A stretch of 64,000 bases of DNA from an uncultured Legionellales bacterium (GCA_913046215.1 CAJWRJ010000001.1:8897-72896), one strand, 5' to 3'; shown: positions 19,125 through 29,314, numbered from the stretch's first letter. A program made the numbers and translations. Notes: generated by a model from the sequence alone, not told the origin.

Positions 19125-20084
19125 ATGGTTAAAAAGTCAGTAAAAATGAAAACAAATGAAAAACTTAATATAGATTTTTGTGGGTTGCAATTTAATTCGC
19201 CTTTAGTTTTATTATCCGGTTGTGTTGGTTTTGGTGAAGAATATACACGCATTAGTGGTTTTTCAAATAGAGATGTTGGCGCTATATGTCTAAAAGGAAC
19301 TACCCTCGAACCTAGATTAGGTAATTCTCCACATAGAATTTCCGAGACTTATTTAGGAATGTTAAATGCTATTGGTTTACAAAACCCAGGATCTCAAGTT
19401 GTTGTTGACGAGTATTTACCAAACTTAGATTTTTCAGAAACACGCTTTATAGCAAATTTATCAGGCACAAGTATCGAAGAATACGAAAAAATAACTCGAA
19501 TATTTGATGATTCACCAATAGATGCAATGGAAATAAATATTTCTTGTCCAAATGTTAAGAAAGGAGGGCTTGAATTCGGCAATGATCCTATTATGTCTGC
19601 AAAAGTTGTTGAAGCATGTCGAAAGGCTACAAAAAAACCGCTAATAACAAAATTATCTCCAAATCAAACGGATATCGCAGAAAACGCTCGATGTTGTATT
19701 GAGGCTGGGACAGATGGTTTTGCAGTAATAAATACAATAACAGGAATGGCGATTGATATAGAGAAAAGAAAACCAGTGATTGCTAATAATCAAGGAGGAT
19801 TATCTGGTCCTGCTATTAAACCGATTGCATTACTTAAAGTGCATCAAGTTTATCAAGTTGCTAAGCATCACAAGATACCGATCATCGGACAAGGAGGCAT
19901 TACAAAATTTCAAGATGTTATAGAGTTTATAATTGCTGGGTCGACTGCCGTTGGTATAGGAACCGCATTATTCTATCAACCATTAGTTTGTTCTAAGTTA
20001 AACCAAGAGCTTACTGAGTATTTAGAAAAAAATAATATAAGTAATGTTTTAGATCTTGTTGGAACTTTAGAATTAAATATTTAA
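19125..20084 (+). CDS. pyrD: dihydroorotate dehydrogenase, class 1 (cytoplasmic, Cys active site)
   Basis: Motifs GLQNPG, NISCPN (class-1 catalytic Cys), GGLSGPAIKP and IGQGGI. 319 aa. No pyrK next to it. An alternative start at 19146 (MKTNEKL) is possible. Confidence 0.75.
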   Translation: MVKKSVKMKTNEKLNIDFCGLQFNSPLVLLSGCVGFGEEYTRISGFSNRDVGAICLKGTTLEPRLGNSPHRISETYLGMLNAIGLQNPGSQVVVDEYLPNLDFSETRFIANLSGTSIEEYEKITRIFDDSPIDAMEINISCPNVKKGGLEFGNDPIMSAKVVEACRKATKKPLITKLSPNQTDIAENARCCIEAGTDGFAVINTITGMAIDIEKRKPVIANNQGGLSGPAIKPIALLKVHQVYQVAKHHKIPIIGQGGITKFQDVIEFIIAGSTAVGIGTALFYQPLVCSKLNQELTEYLEKNNISNVLDLVGTLELNI

Positions 20085-20114
20085 TTATTAATATTAATTG
20101 CGTTTCTTTTTTGC

Positions 20115-21566
20115 TCATCTTCGCCAGAATGCTGGTGTGAATAATACTAATAATGTAAATATTTCAAGTCTCCCAAGAAGCATTGCAATACAGAGAATCC
20201 ACTTGGCCGCGGTATTAATATTGAAATAATTATTGCTTACTTCACCTAATCCAGGACCAAGATTATTAATACATGCAGATAGTGCTGAAAAAGCAGTCGT
20301 AAAGTCTATGTCAGTTGCCATTAATGCTAAAAGAAGAACTACGAATATTACAACGTAAACAGCTAAGAAACCCCATATTGCCTCAATAATTCGATCAGGT
20401 ATCGGCTTGTCATCAAGCTTGATTGTGAATATTGCATTTGGATGAATAAGACGTTTTATTTCTCGAACTCCCTGTTTAAAAAGTAATAATATTCTAATAA
20501 CTTTTATTCCTCCACCGGTAGAGCCAGCACAAGCCCCAATAAAACATGAAAGAATTAGCAATAACGGAGTAAAACCATGCCAGCTTTGAAATTCTGTTGT
20601 TGTGAAACCCGTTGTCGTTGCAATTGAAATTGATTGAAATAAACTTTCTCTGATCATTAATTTGTAATCGTGGTAATCGCCAGCAATCAAATTATAGATA
20701 GTGCATGTTACACAAATGATCAACAGGATTTTTAAATAAGCACGAAATTCAGCATCATTAAGGTATGGTCTAAAATTTTTATTTCGAAATGAGAGGAAAT
20801 GTATACTAAAGTTTATCCCTGCTAATATCATGAAAAATATTGCTATGATTTCAATTGCGCTATTATTGAAAAAACCAATGCTTTGGTCGTGCGTTGAAAA
20901 ACCTCCGATGGAAACAGTAGAAAAACTATGAGCAACTGCATCAAAAACATCCATTCCTGCAAGAAAATATGATGCTGCGCATGCGATTGTCATCGTTAAA
21001 TATACATACCAAAGTGATTTTGCCGTTTCCGTTATTCTAGGAGTTAATTTCGTATCTTTTACTGGGCCTGGTGTCTCAGCGCGATACAGTTGCATACCAC
21101 CAATACCCAACATTGGCAGAATTGCAACAGCTAGAACGATAATTCCCATTCCTCCAAGCCATTGTAGTTCGTGTCGGTAAAATAGAATTGATTTAGGCAA
21201 ATTATCAATTCCAATAATTATTGTAGCTCCAGTTGTCGTTAATCCTGAGATTGACTCAAAAATAGCATCTGTTGGACTTAAATCAGGAAAGCTTGATAGT
21301 AGTAATGGTACGCTGCCAGTCAGTCCAAGACCAACCCAGAAAAGTACAACAATAATGAAGCCATCACGCAATCTTAAATCATTCTTATTATTTCTTACTG
21401 GCAACCAAAGGAGTAAACCGATGGACAATATTATAAGAAAAGCAAGAACAAAACTCATTAGTGAGCCATCATCATAAGCAAGGGATATCACCAAAGGAGG
21501 TATCATCGTAAAGCTAAAGAGAATAAGCAAAATTCCTAAAATTCTGAGAATTACTGCATATTGCAT
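20115..21566 (-). CDS. trkH: Trk-type K+ uptake membrane subunit TrkH
   Basis: 483 aa polytopic membrane protein with repeated selectivity-filter-like GTTGF/TTTGF motifs. Adjacent to trkA. Confidence 0.88.
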   Translation of the reverse strand: MQYAVILRILGILLILFSFTMIPPLVISLAYDDGSLMSFVLAFLIILSIGLLLWLPVRNNKNDLRLRDGFIIVVLFWVGLGLTGSVPLLLSSFPDLSPTDAIFESISGLTTTGATIIIGIDNLPKSILFYRHELQWLGGMGIIVLAVAILPMLGIGGMQLYRAETPGPVKDTKLTPRITETAKSLWYVYLTMTIACAASYFLAGMDVFDAVAHSFSTVSIGGFSTHDQSIGFFNNSAIEIIAIFFMILAGINFSIHFLSFRNKNFRPYLNDAEFRAYLKILLIICVTCTIYNLIAGDYHDYKLMIRESLFQSISIATTTGFTTTEFQSWHGFTPLLLILSCFIGACAGSTGGGIKVIRILLLFKQGVREIKRLIHPNAIFTIKLDDKPIPDRIIEAIWGFLAVYVVIFVVLLLALMATDIDFTTAFSALSACINNLGPGLGEVSNNYFNINTAAKWILCIAMLLGRLEIFTLLVLFTPAFWRR

Positions 21567-21594
21567 ATTTTTCCTCTTTTCTTAATATTTCAAT

Positions 21595-22968
21595 TTATAA
21601 AAATGTAATATCAACCTGAAATAATGATTCAACCTTAGCTACATGTTTTTTATTTGATACTATAAGAATTAGATGATCGTTAGCTTCAATAATAATTTTT
21701 TTCTCAACCATTAACACATTACCACCACGTACAATCGCTGCAATTGTTGTTCCTTCAGGTAATTCTATATCTTGTATTCTTTTACCAACTACTTTTGATG
21801 ATGATTCATCACCATGAGCAATTGCTTCTATTGCCTCAGCAGCACCTCTTCTAAGGGAATGCACAACTACTACGTCACCTTTTCTAACATGAGCAAGTAG
21901 ACTACCAATAGTCGCTTGTTGTGGTGAAATAGCAATATCAATTGTATTACTTTGAACTAGATCAACATAAGCAGCACGATTAATTAAAGCCATTACTTTT
22001 CTTGCACCCAGACGTTTTGCAAGCATTGATGAAATAATATTTACTTCATCTGCATTTGTTAGCGCACAAAATACATCAGATGTATCTATATTTTCCTCGC
22101 TCAATAATTCTTCATCTGTGGCATCACCATTTAAAACTATTGTATTTTTTAATTTTTCAGATGCATTTGTAGCTTTCTTTTGATCCAATTCTAATAATTT
22201 TATGTTGTATTCATTTTCTAATGATTTAGCTAAGCGGAAACCAATATTACCTCCACCAGCAATCATAATATTTTTTAAAGGTTTATCTTGTATACGAATT
22301 TGTTGTAATAATTTATTCATTGATTTTTGAGAACTGACAAAAAAGACTTCATCTTCAGCTTTTATAACAGTATCACCATTTGGTATAATTGGTTTGCCAC
22401 CACTGTATATAATCGCTATTTTATATTCTATATTTTTAAGTTTTTCTTTTAAATTACGTACAGAACAGTCTTTTAATACTCCACTGTAGGATGCACGAAT
22501 AACAACCATTTGTACTTTTCCATCAGCAAAGTCTAAAACTTGAAGAGCGCCGGGATGTTTTATTAATTTTTTAATTTGTTCTGTAACTAATCTATCAGGG
22601 CTTATTAGAACATCTACAGGTAAGGCTTCTTGCGCGAATAAAGGGTGATTTTTTAGATATTCAATTTCTCGTATTCTCGCAATTTTTGTTGGTGTATGAA
22701 AAAGTGTATAGGCAACTTGGCAAGCTATCATGTTTACTTCATCACAATTCGTAACAGCTAAAATCATTTCGGCATCCATAGCCCCAGCTTTTTCTAACAC
22801 CGATGGGTGTGAAGCAATTCCGGTAACTGTTCTCAAGTCAAAACGCTCACTAATTGCTTGTAATGCTGAAGGATTATTGTCAACTACCGTTATATCATTA
22901 TTTTCTTTGACTAAATTTGATGCTACAGATGTGCCTACCTGGCCGGCACCTAGGATTATTATTTTCAT
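21595..22968 (-). CDS. trkA: Trk system NAD-binding subunit TrkA
   Basis: Two tandem RCK/Rossmann units (MKIIILGAGQVGTSVA...; IMIAGGGNIGFRLA). 457 aa. Confidence 0.9.
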   Translation of the reverse strand: MKIIILGAGQVGTSVASNLVKENNDITVVDNNPSALQAISERFDLRTVTGIASHPSVLEKAGAMDAEMILAVTNCDEVNMIACQVAYTLFHTPTKIARIREIEYLKNHPLFAQEALPVDVLISPDRLVTEQIKKLIKHPGALQVLDFADGKVQMVVIRASYSGVLKDCSVRNLKEKLKNIEYKIAIIYSGGKPIIPNGDTVIKAEDEVFFVSSQKSMNKLLQQIRIQDKPLKNIMIAGGGNIGFRLAKSLENEYNIKLLELDQKKATNASEKLKNTIVLNGDATDEELLSEENIDTSDVFCALTNADEVNIISSMLAKRLGARKVMALINRAAYVDLVQSNTIDIAISPQQATIGSLLAHVRKGDVVVVHSLRRGAAEAIEAIAHGDESSSKVVGKRIQDIELPEGTTIAAIVRGGNVLMVEKKIIIEANDHLILIVSNKKHVAKVESLFQVDITFL

Positions 22969-24329
22969 TTCAGATTAATTCCTAGCATTTTAAGTTTTCT
23001 ATACAGGTGTGTTCTTTCAATTCCAATTTGATTTGCCAATTTGCTTACGTTACCACTTGCTTTTTCCAATTGATACATAAGATATGCTTTTTCGAAATTT
23101 TCTCTTGCATCACGTAATGGCAGATCTAAATTAAGGATTTCCGTCTCATGTTTATTTTTGCTGATTTCATTACTTCCAAGGTATGATTGAATTTCATCCG
23201 TGTTTATCATTTCTTCCGTACCAAGAATTAATAGACGCTGAACAAGGTTTTTTAATTCACTTTCATTGCCCGGCCACTTATAACCTCTTAGCAGGTTTTG
23301 TGAGGAAACACTAAACTTCCTATATTTAAATGACTCCAATTCAATAAAATAATTTACGTAATACTCAAGCATCATAGGAATATCTTCATAGTGATCACGT
23401 AGTGGCGGAATATTTATAGGTAGCACATTTAATAAATAATATAATTCATCATGAAATTTATTTTCTTTTATTAAGTAATCGAAATCATATCGAGTAGCAA
23501 CAATAATACGCATATTCATATTCATTAATTTAGAACTCCCTATGCGGCTATATTTTTTTATTTTTAATACATTAAATAAAAGCGATTGTAAGCTCGTATT
23601 AAGTTCACCTATATCATTTATATACAGGGTTCCTTGCGAAGCTTTTTCTAGTAGTCCATTGTGTATCTGGTTTTTTGTTTCGAAACCAAATAATTCCTTA
23701 TCAGCACTTTTTTGATTTAAGGTCGAAACATTTACAATAACAAATGGCCCATTAGATTTCGGACTAAGTGAGTGCAAATATCTAGCATACATTTCTTTAT
23801 TTGTTCCAGATTCTCCATGTATTAAGACACAAGCATCATGATTTGCAATTCGTGTAATTTTTGATTTTAAATCTTTAATTAATTCACTTTTACCAATAGG
23901 TTCAAGTTTTGAAACTGCAATTTGGTTTAATTTAAGATTTTCATTCTTAAGCAAAGATGACTCTAGAGCATGTTTAATTATCAGTAGCAATTTAGCAGTT
24001 GATAGTGGTTTTTCAATAAAGTCGTAGGCACCACCGCGAGTTGCCTCGACAGCTGTTTCAACATTTCCATGCCCCGACATCATTATTATTGGAACTTCAT
24101 CTTTAAAGAAATTTTTCCATTCCTTCAGTAGAGTAATTCCATCAACATCTGGCATCCAAATATCGAGTAAAATTAGATTTGGAGTGTGTGTTGCGATGAG
24201 CTCTCTAGCTTTTGATGCATTTTCAGCTGCATCAACTGTAAATCCCTCGTCTTCAAGAATTTCCTGAACTAAGCCACGTATTTCAGGCTCATCATCAACA
24301 ACAAGAATGTGTCGCTTGCTCATTTTCAA
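22965..24329 (-). CDS. NtrX-like response regulator (REC, degenerate AAA+ sigma54-interaction domain, Fis-type HTH)
   Basis: REC domain (ILVVDDEPEIR...LILLDIWMPDVDG). AAA+ core with atypical Walker A GESGTNKE, Walker B LYINDIGE and no GAFTGA loop. C-terminal HTH (VSKLANQIGIERTHLYRKL). Confidence 0.8.
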   Translation of the reverse strand: MKMSKRHILVVDDEPEIRGLVQEILEDEGFTVDAAENASKARELIATHTPNLILLDIWMPDVDGITLLKEWKNFFKDEVPIIMMSGHGNVETAVEATRGGAYDFIEKPLSTAKLLLIIKHALESSLLKNENLKLNQIAVSKLEPIGKSELIKDLKSKITRIANHDACVLIHGESGTNKEMYARYLHSLSPKSNGPFVIVNVSTLNQKSADKELFGFETKNQIHNGLLEKASQGTLYINDIGELNTSLQSLLFNVLKIKKYSRIGSSKLMNMNMRIIVATRYDFDYLIKENKFHDELYYLLNVLPINIPPLRDHYEDIPMMLEYYVNYFIELESFKYRKFSVSSQNLLRGYKWPGNESELKNLVQRLLILGTEEMINTDEIQSYLGSNEISKNKHETEILNLDLPLRDARENFEKAYLMYQLEKASGNVSKLANQIGIERTHLYRKLKMLGINLK

Positions 24330-24352
24330 TATATATCTTTTTCAAATATGAA

Positions 24353-26518
24353 TTACTTTAATGGTAGTTTTATTACCGCACATGCTCCGATTTTATCTTT
24401 ATTATTTTCAAGCCAAAATGTACCTGAATGCTCATCAATTATCTTCTTTACTATAGCTAACCCGAGGCCAGTACCCTTTTCTTTCGTTGTTATATATGGT
24501 TCAAGTAAGTTTTTTTCAACACTTGGATCTATTCCAGGGCCACTATCAATTATTCGTATTTCAATTTCTTCATTATCCTCAATATTCACTGTTTTAGCAC
24601 TTACTTTTAGCAAATTATTTTTACCTATTTCATTTGCATCCACGGCATTTGCTAATAGATTGTTTATTACGCGTCTAAGCTTTTTTTCATCACCGTGAAT
24701 TTTTGGAAGATTTTTCTCTATATCAATCTCAATTTTATTGTCCGAATTTATATTGCTAAATAAGTCTATACCCTCTTGTAATAAAACTGATATCTCAATT
24801 TTTTCTTCTTTAAACTTTTCTGATTGCGCGTATTCCGAAAAATCATTTACCATATCTTTCATTGTTTCAACTTGATGTATTATTGTATTCGTCATTCTAT
24901 CAAGCATTTCTGTATTATTTGATTCAGGGTTTTCTAGGTATTTATTTCTTAATCTTTCAGCTGCTAATTGAATTGGTGTAAGTGGATTTTTAATTTCATG
25001 CGCCAATCTTCTAGCAACTTCACTCCATGCTGCATCACGTTGTCCTTGAATTAATGCAGTAATTTCATCAAAAACTATTATGTATTTAGTTATTTTATTA
25101 TCGGTATTTGTTAGTGTTGAGCCATTTAGCATTAAAATTTGATTCCCAGTTTTTTCTGATAAAGTTATTTGTTCTCTCCAATCATTTATTTTATCTTTGA
25201 TATTATTTGATATACATTCAAAGAAATTAAGCAGGTTTGGAAATTCATTTATCAATTCCTCTAGATTTTTTTTATTTAAAACGCTTTTTTCCAATTGTAA
25301 TATTTGAGCGGCACTAATGTTCGATTTTTCTATTTCTCCTATATTATTAAAAACAATAACACCAGATGACAATTGAGAGAGAATAGTTTCGAGATAGATT
25401 TGCTGAGACTCTGCAACTCTCTGACTCTTTTTCACATTATCTCGCGCTTGAGATATTTTATTTGTCATTTCGTTAAAAGACGAAACTAAAAAACCAAGTT
25501 CATCATTACTTGGAATAGGAAGTTTTGTATTGTAATCACCTTTTGCAATGGCGCGAGTGCCTTCTGCTAAATTCTTTATCGGAGCCGATAAAGTTCTTGC
25601 AGAATAGAATGCTGCCCAGACGGCACAAAAAACACTAAAAAGTAAAACCAAAGTTAGTATTATTATAAAACTAAATTTAAGCTGCTCTCTTAGATAAGAT
25701 AACTCTTTATATTCAATGAATGATGTTTGTACATTTGCAGCGAGTTGATTCATCCTTTCTGAAATTGGAAATAATGCTTGTATAATTTTTTCATTATCAT
25801 TGATCCCAAGCGTTGGAATATTAGAAATAGATCTTATAAGCAAACCTTTATTTTTTATCAAATCAAGCCCTATATAACTTTTATTTTGTATTAGTTGCAG
25901 TAGTATTGTTTCTTCAGGAATATCTGGAACGAGACTTTTCGTATCACTTGAGCTTGAAACAACAATAACTCCTTTTCTAGTTAGAAGAGTCAATTCATTT
26001 GCACTTATTCGCTCTCTGATTTGATCTATATAAAATGGCAATTCATCTCTGTCAATATCACTAATTTCTTCAGCAATTTTTTCAGTAGTATTTAAAAGCT
26101 CACGCATCCTAACATCTAGTGCTAGGCGGCTTAGTTCTAGCGAATCATCAAGTGCATTTTCAACTTTTAAATCAAACCAACTATCAATACCACGATGTAA
26201 GAAATCAAGTGAGAAGTAGTAAACTATTAGCACCGGTGTTACAGATAGCAGCGAAAATAGAAGAACAATTCTTACCGTCATTCTGGAACCAATGACGCGA
26301 TTCCTTAGTTGTCGTATTAGGCGCTTTAGATTTAGAATAATTAGCGTACTAAGACAAATTAGCCCTAATGCATTGAGTAAAAGTAAAGATAAATAAAAAC
26401 GATCAAATAATTCTGAATTTTGCAGAGTTTTGCTCATCATCAAAAGCGAGGTCAACATAAAAATGAATAAGCATATGCCTATAAATGTTATCAACCTTTT
26501 ACCTTTTTTAATTTTCAT
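24353..26518 (-). CDS. NtrY-like sensor histidine kinase (4 TM, HAMP, PAS, HisKA, HATPase)
   Basis: H-box AHEIKNPLTPIQLAAERL, N-box NLLANAVDA, G-boxes DSGPGI and GTGLGLAIVKKII. The ORF track starts at a GTG at 26572; the ATG at 26518 (MKIKKGKRL) leaves 7 nt after the upstream gene and is preferred. Confidence 0.85.
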   Translation of the reverse strand: MKIKKGKRLITFIGICLFIFMLTSLLMMSKTLQNSELFDRFYLSLLLLNALGLICLSTLIILNLKRLIRQLRNRVIGSRMTVRIVLLFSLLSVTPVLIVYYFSLDFLHRGIDSWFDLKVENALDDSLELSRLALDVRMRELLNTTEKIAEEISDIDRDELPFYIDQIRERISANELTLLTRKGVIVVSSSSDTKSLVPDIPEETILLQLIQNKSYIGLDLIKNKGLLIRSISNIPTLGINDNEKIIQALFPISERMNQLAANVQTSFIEYKELSYLREQLKFSFIIILTLVLLFSVFCAVWAAFYSARTLSAPIKNLAEGTRAIAKGDYNTKLPIPSNDELGFLVSSFNEMTNKISQARDNVKKSQRVAESQQIYLETILSQLSSGVIVFNNIGEIEKSNISAAQILQLEKSVLNKKNLEELINEFPNLLNFFECISNNIKDKINDWREQITLSEKTGNQILMLNGSTLTNTDNKITKYIIVFDEITALIQGQRDAAWSEVARRLAHEIKNPLTPIQLAAERLRNKYLENPESNNTEMLDRMTNTIIHQVETMKDMVNDFSEYAQSEKFKEEKIEISVLLQEGIDLFSNINSDNKIEIDIEKNLPKIHGDEKKLRRVINNLLANAVDANEIGKNNLLKVSAKTVNIEDNEEIEIRIIDSGPGIDPSVEKNLLEPYITTKEKGTGLGLAIVKKIIDEHSGTFWLENNKDKIGACAVIKLPLK

Positions 26519-27074
26519 ATTCCCATTCATACCAATTACTTGAAATATTCCAATCTGAAGAAAAATATGCACGGGGTCTCATGGGACTAGGTAATGAATC
26601 TATACTTAAATAAAATTTTATTCGTGCTATATAATTTTTTTTCTTATCTAATTTATTTTTATTTAATAATTTCATTTTATTTATATTGCTTATAGATTTT
26701 AAGGCATGGTCTACATTCTTGTAATAGCTTTTTATTCCAGTACTTAAGTCTGTTATTAAAAAATTTTCGGTTAAGGGTTTATGCTCTAGCTTATACTTCA
26801 ATTTTTTATTTGCTATTATATTTTTAAATAACCAATTATTTTTTGTAAATAATTCAAAATCAGCATGTATCTGGAATGAGATACCATGCAATAAAGCATT
26901 ATATGCTTCTTTTGTTAGTAAAATTTCTGAATAGGAATCTAAATAAAGAATATTATTATCATTATATATATTGGATGATTTAATATTAATATTCTTGGCG
27001 TAGCACAATTGAGCTATAAGCAGAATTACTATGGTTACAATAACCATATTTATTTTTTTTATTTCAGTAGACAT
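26508..27074 (-). CDS. DUF4390-like periplasmic protein (conserved partner of NtrY)
   Basis: Signal peptide (MSTEIKKINMVIVTIVILLIAQLCYA). 188 aa. Conserved position between rsmB and the ntrY-like gene. Confidence 0.6.
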   Translation of the reverse strand: MSTEIKKINMVIVTIVILLIAQLCYAKNINIKSSNIYNDNNILYLDSYSEILLTKEAYNALLHGISFQIHADFELFTKNNWLFKNIIANKKLKYKLEHKPLTENFLITDLSTGIKSYYKNVDHALKSISNINKMKLLNKNKLDKKKNYIARIKFYLSIDSLPSPMRPRAYFSSDWNISSNWYEWEYEN

Positions 27075-27076
27075 AC

Positions 27077-28372
27077 TTATGATTTACTAAGACATGCATA
27101 GAAGAAGCCATCCATGTTATCTTGCCCAGATAAAATTTGCTTACCATAATTAGTTTCTAAACCCCATTTTGAGGTAATTGATTTTATTTTGCATTCAGGA
27201 TGTTTTTTCGTAAATTCTTTTATTATATTAGCGTTCTCTATCTTCAGTATAGAACATGTTGCATACAGAAGAAGACCATTATTTTTTAATAAACTCCATA
27301 GTGTTTCTATAATTTTCATTTGCACTTTATTTATTTCAATTACATCTTTAGCTGTTCTTAATATTTTTATATCAGGGTTTCTGCGTATTACCCCTGTTGC
27401 TGAACAGGGAGCATCAAATAAGATCCTGTCGAATTTTTCTCCATCCCACCAATCATTAGTATTCTTAACATCATTAATTATTATCGTCCCATTTAATTTA
27501 AGTCTTTTGAAAGTTGAATATATTTTTTTTGCACGAATTTTATCTTTTTCTATTGCAACAAAATTCTTTAATTTAGGTTCTTTTTCAAGAATGTGTGCAC
27601 TTTTCCCTCCTGGAGCTGCACATGCATCTAAAACATTTTGATTGGGTTGTAAATCAAGCAATTCTGCTGCAAGTTGGGCAGAGAGTTCTTGAATAGAAAT
27701 ATCCCCTTTGTCAAAGCCTGGCAGTTTTTCAACTCCCACTGGTTTTTTGAGTAGAATACCATCAGCAGAGTGTATAGTTATATCAGCAGGAATACCTGCA
27801 TTCTTTAATTTTTTTAGATATTCTTCTCTTTTATAATGGCGCTGATTAACTCTTAGATACATTGGCGGGTGATTATTATTTGCAACAATTATTTTTTCCC
27901 AATCTTCTGGCCAATCTTTTTTAATTGCTTCTATTAACCATTTAGGGTGAGCTAATTCTATTGTTTTATCTTTATTGGGTATGGTATCAAATTTACTTGA
28001 TTCTCTAATATATCTTCTTAAAACTGCATTGACCAAATTTTTTGCCCATGGCATTTTTATTTTTTCACATACTGAAACAGTTTCTGATACGACAGCATGA
28101 TCTGGAATACGCATATATTTTAATTGATATAATCCGATAATAATAAGATATTTTAAGAGGCTATCCTTTTTTTTTATAGGCTTTTCTATAATTTGGTTAA
28201 GAATATATTCAAGTTTTATATACCATCGAAGTGTTCCATAAAGTGTTTCTTTAATTAAACCTACCTCCTTTCCTTTATATGTGATTAATTTATTATTTAT
28301 TGCAATTTTTAGAGGTATTTTTTTCTCCAAAACCTCTCTCATAATTTGGATTGTAATTACACGTGATGACAT
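27077..28372 (-). CDS. rsmB: 16S rRNA (cytosine967-C5)-methyltransferase RsmB/Sun
   Basis: N-terminal NusB-like domain. Methyltransferase motifs DACAAPGGKS and FDRILFDAPCSATGVIRRNPD. Follows def-fmt. Confidence 0.9.
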   Translation of the reverse strand: MSSRVITIQIMREVLEKKIPLKIAINNKLITYKGKEVGLIKETLYGTLRWYIKLEYILNQIIEKPIKKKDSLLKYLIIIGLYQLKYMRIPDHAVVSETVSVCEKIKMPWAKNLVNAVLRRYIRESSKFDTIPNKDKTIELAHPKWLIEAIKKDWPEDWEKIIVANNNHPPMYLRVNQRHYKREEYLKKLKNAGIPADITIHSADGILLKKPVGVEKLPGFDKGDISIQELSAQLAAELLDLQPNQNVLDACAAPGGKSAHILEKEPKLKNFVAIEKDKIRAKKIYSTFKRLKLNGTIIINDVKNTNDWWDGEKFDRILFDAPCSATGVIRRNPDIKILRTAKDVIEINKVQMKIIETLWSLLKNNGLLLYATCSILKIENANIIKEFTKKHPECKIKSITSKWGLETNYGKQILSGQDNMDGFFYACLSKS

Positions 28373-28387
28373 AATTTATAAATCTAT

Positions 28388-29314
28388 TTAGTCTTCTATT
28401 AAATTTGCGTAACCATTTAAAAAGTCTTTCACTGAGATCATTTTTTTTCCCGGTAGTTGTAGTTTAGTAATCGAAAGAATATCTTTGCCTGTCATAATAT
28501 CTAGTGTTTTTTTACCGGATACAATGGTTCCTGGTTCCCGGCTGTCTTGCGAAACTTTAACTCTAGCTTCCCACACTCTAAAAGAAAAATTTTTGACAGT
28601 TGTGGATGCGACTGGTGTCGGGATGTATGCTCTAATTTTTCTCTCTAATTCTATTGCCGGTTTTTTCCAATCTAGTTCTGCTTCTATCTTAGTTATTTTA
28701 TTAGCATAAGTAACTTCTGAATTATTTTGCTCTTTTGCATTTAATTTTCTAGTTATGATTTTAGTAAGAATACGATTAATATTATCAGCACTTATTTTGG
28801 CTAATCGATCATGCAAAATAGCACTTGTATCTTTATTATTTATGGGACATGTAATTTGCTCAAAGATTGGTCCAGTATCCATACTTTTTTCCATTTGCAT
28901 AAATGAAACACCAGTCATTTTATCACCATATTCAATAGCACGTTGTATTGGCGCAGCTCCACGCCACCTTGGCAATAAAGAAGTATGTATATTTATACAG
29001 CCAAATTTTGGCTGAGCTAAAATTTTAGGAGTCAACAAAAATCCGTATGCAACAACTAGTAATAAATCATAGTTCTTCAATGAATATGATTCGAGTTCTT
29101 TTGAGTTTTTTGGTTGGAAAGTTTTTATGTTGTTTTCAAGCGCACATTTTTTTACTTCACTTTGTTTTAAATTAAGACCTCTACCAGCATGTTGATCAGG
29201 TTTTGTAAAAATGATTCCAATATCATATTTATTGGATTGTATGATTGAATTAAGAACTATTCGGGCAATTTCTGGAGTTCCCGCAAATGCCAGCTTTATT
29301 TTTTTTTGATTCAC
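28388..29314 (-). CDS. fmt: methionyl-tRNA formyltransferase
   Basis: N-terminus FAGTPEIA. Motifs VVAYGFLL and NIHTSLLPRWRGAAPIQRAI. 308 aa. Confidence 0.93.
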   Translation of the reverse strand: MNQKKIKLAFAGTPEIARIVLNSIIQSNKYDIGIIFTKPDQHAGRGLNLKQSEVKKCALENNIKTFQPKNSKELESYSLKNYDLLLVVAYGFLLTPKILAQPKFGCINIHTSLLPRWRGAAPIQRAIEYGDKMTGVSFMQMEKSMDTGPIFEQITCPINNKDTSAILHDRLAKISADNINRILTKIITRKLNAKEQNNSEVTYANKITKIEAELDWKKPAIELERKIRAYIPTPVASTTVKNFSFRVWEARVKVSQDSREPGTIVSGKKTLDIMTGKDILSITKLQLPGKKMISVKDFLNGYANLIED

